Origin: an uncultured bacterium
Lineage (GTDB): Bacteria; Patescibacteriota; Minisyncoccia; Phycocordibacterales; UBA9973
Length of the DNA stretch: 37,472 nt
Reading direction: 5' to 3'
NCBI GenBank assembly: GCA_903892035.1
Contig: CAITGV010000003.1
Location: 1 to 37,472, forward strand
Shown: positions 37,237 through 37,472 of the stretch, one piece after another
Position numbering within the stretch: position 1 is the stretch's first letter
Layout: the number at the start of each line of letters is the position of its first letter
Translations under genes and position numbers: made by a program
Notes under the pieces: generated by a model
The model's input: the letters and a program-made list of their open reading frames with translations, nothing else
Told to the model about the DNA's origin: nothing
Database searches by the model: none

Positions 37237-37472
37237 GGGCTGAAATGCGAATACTTGGAGCATTTCAGAGACGGAGGCTGACGAGCCGAGTCGGGGTCGC
37301 GGAATTTTTCAGCAGAAAAATATCCGTGACAGGGCGGACATCGTGAGGGTACTCCCGATGAGAAGCGGGCGACAGAATTAGCACAGAGTGCGAGCGTAAT
37401 ATGAACTCGGATGAACGACGGTCGTGGAGCGTACCACTTAGCATTGTTTGTACTCTTACGAATTTTTGCTAA
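37237..37472 (-). repeat. Right long inverted repeat of island 2 (truncated)
   Basis: Reverse-complement match to 33423-33685. Confidence 0.93.

Larger units (their letters stand above)
33392..37472. mobile_element. Putative non-autonomous element/island 2 bounded by long inverted repeats (right end cut by the window edge)
   Basis: Inverted GC-rich arms enclose three accessory genes; no mobility gene inside. Confidence 0.7.

Overview
AT-rich bacterial chromosome segment with hallmarks of Patescibacteria/CPR (Parcubacteria-like). This assignment is inferred from the tandem VirB2-type pilins, absence of Shine-Dalgarno motifs, shortened SMC and NusB fusion; dnaG ends in TGA, consistent with genetic code 11. 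The backbone is housekeeping: three tRNAs, rpsB-tsf, rpoB-rpoC-dnaG-rpoD, rpsP-khpA-trmD, rnr, rpmF-nusB-rnc-smc. The most striking unexplained structure is a family of GC-rich, highly folded ~250-300 bp long inverted repeats. They bracket two cargo islands with no mobility gene (6998-9471 and 33392->37472), and a third arm lies at the window start. The arms share a fixed-spacing outer terminus, and three of them contain a four-way-junction fold with compensatory base changes. Other highlights: a DsbA whose halves are in swapped order (natural circular permutation), a NusB-NUDIX fusion, a boxA-like leader in island cargo, a hinge-less SMC, REP-like elements that appear to donate -35 boxes, and widespread leaderless-type promoters.
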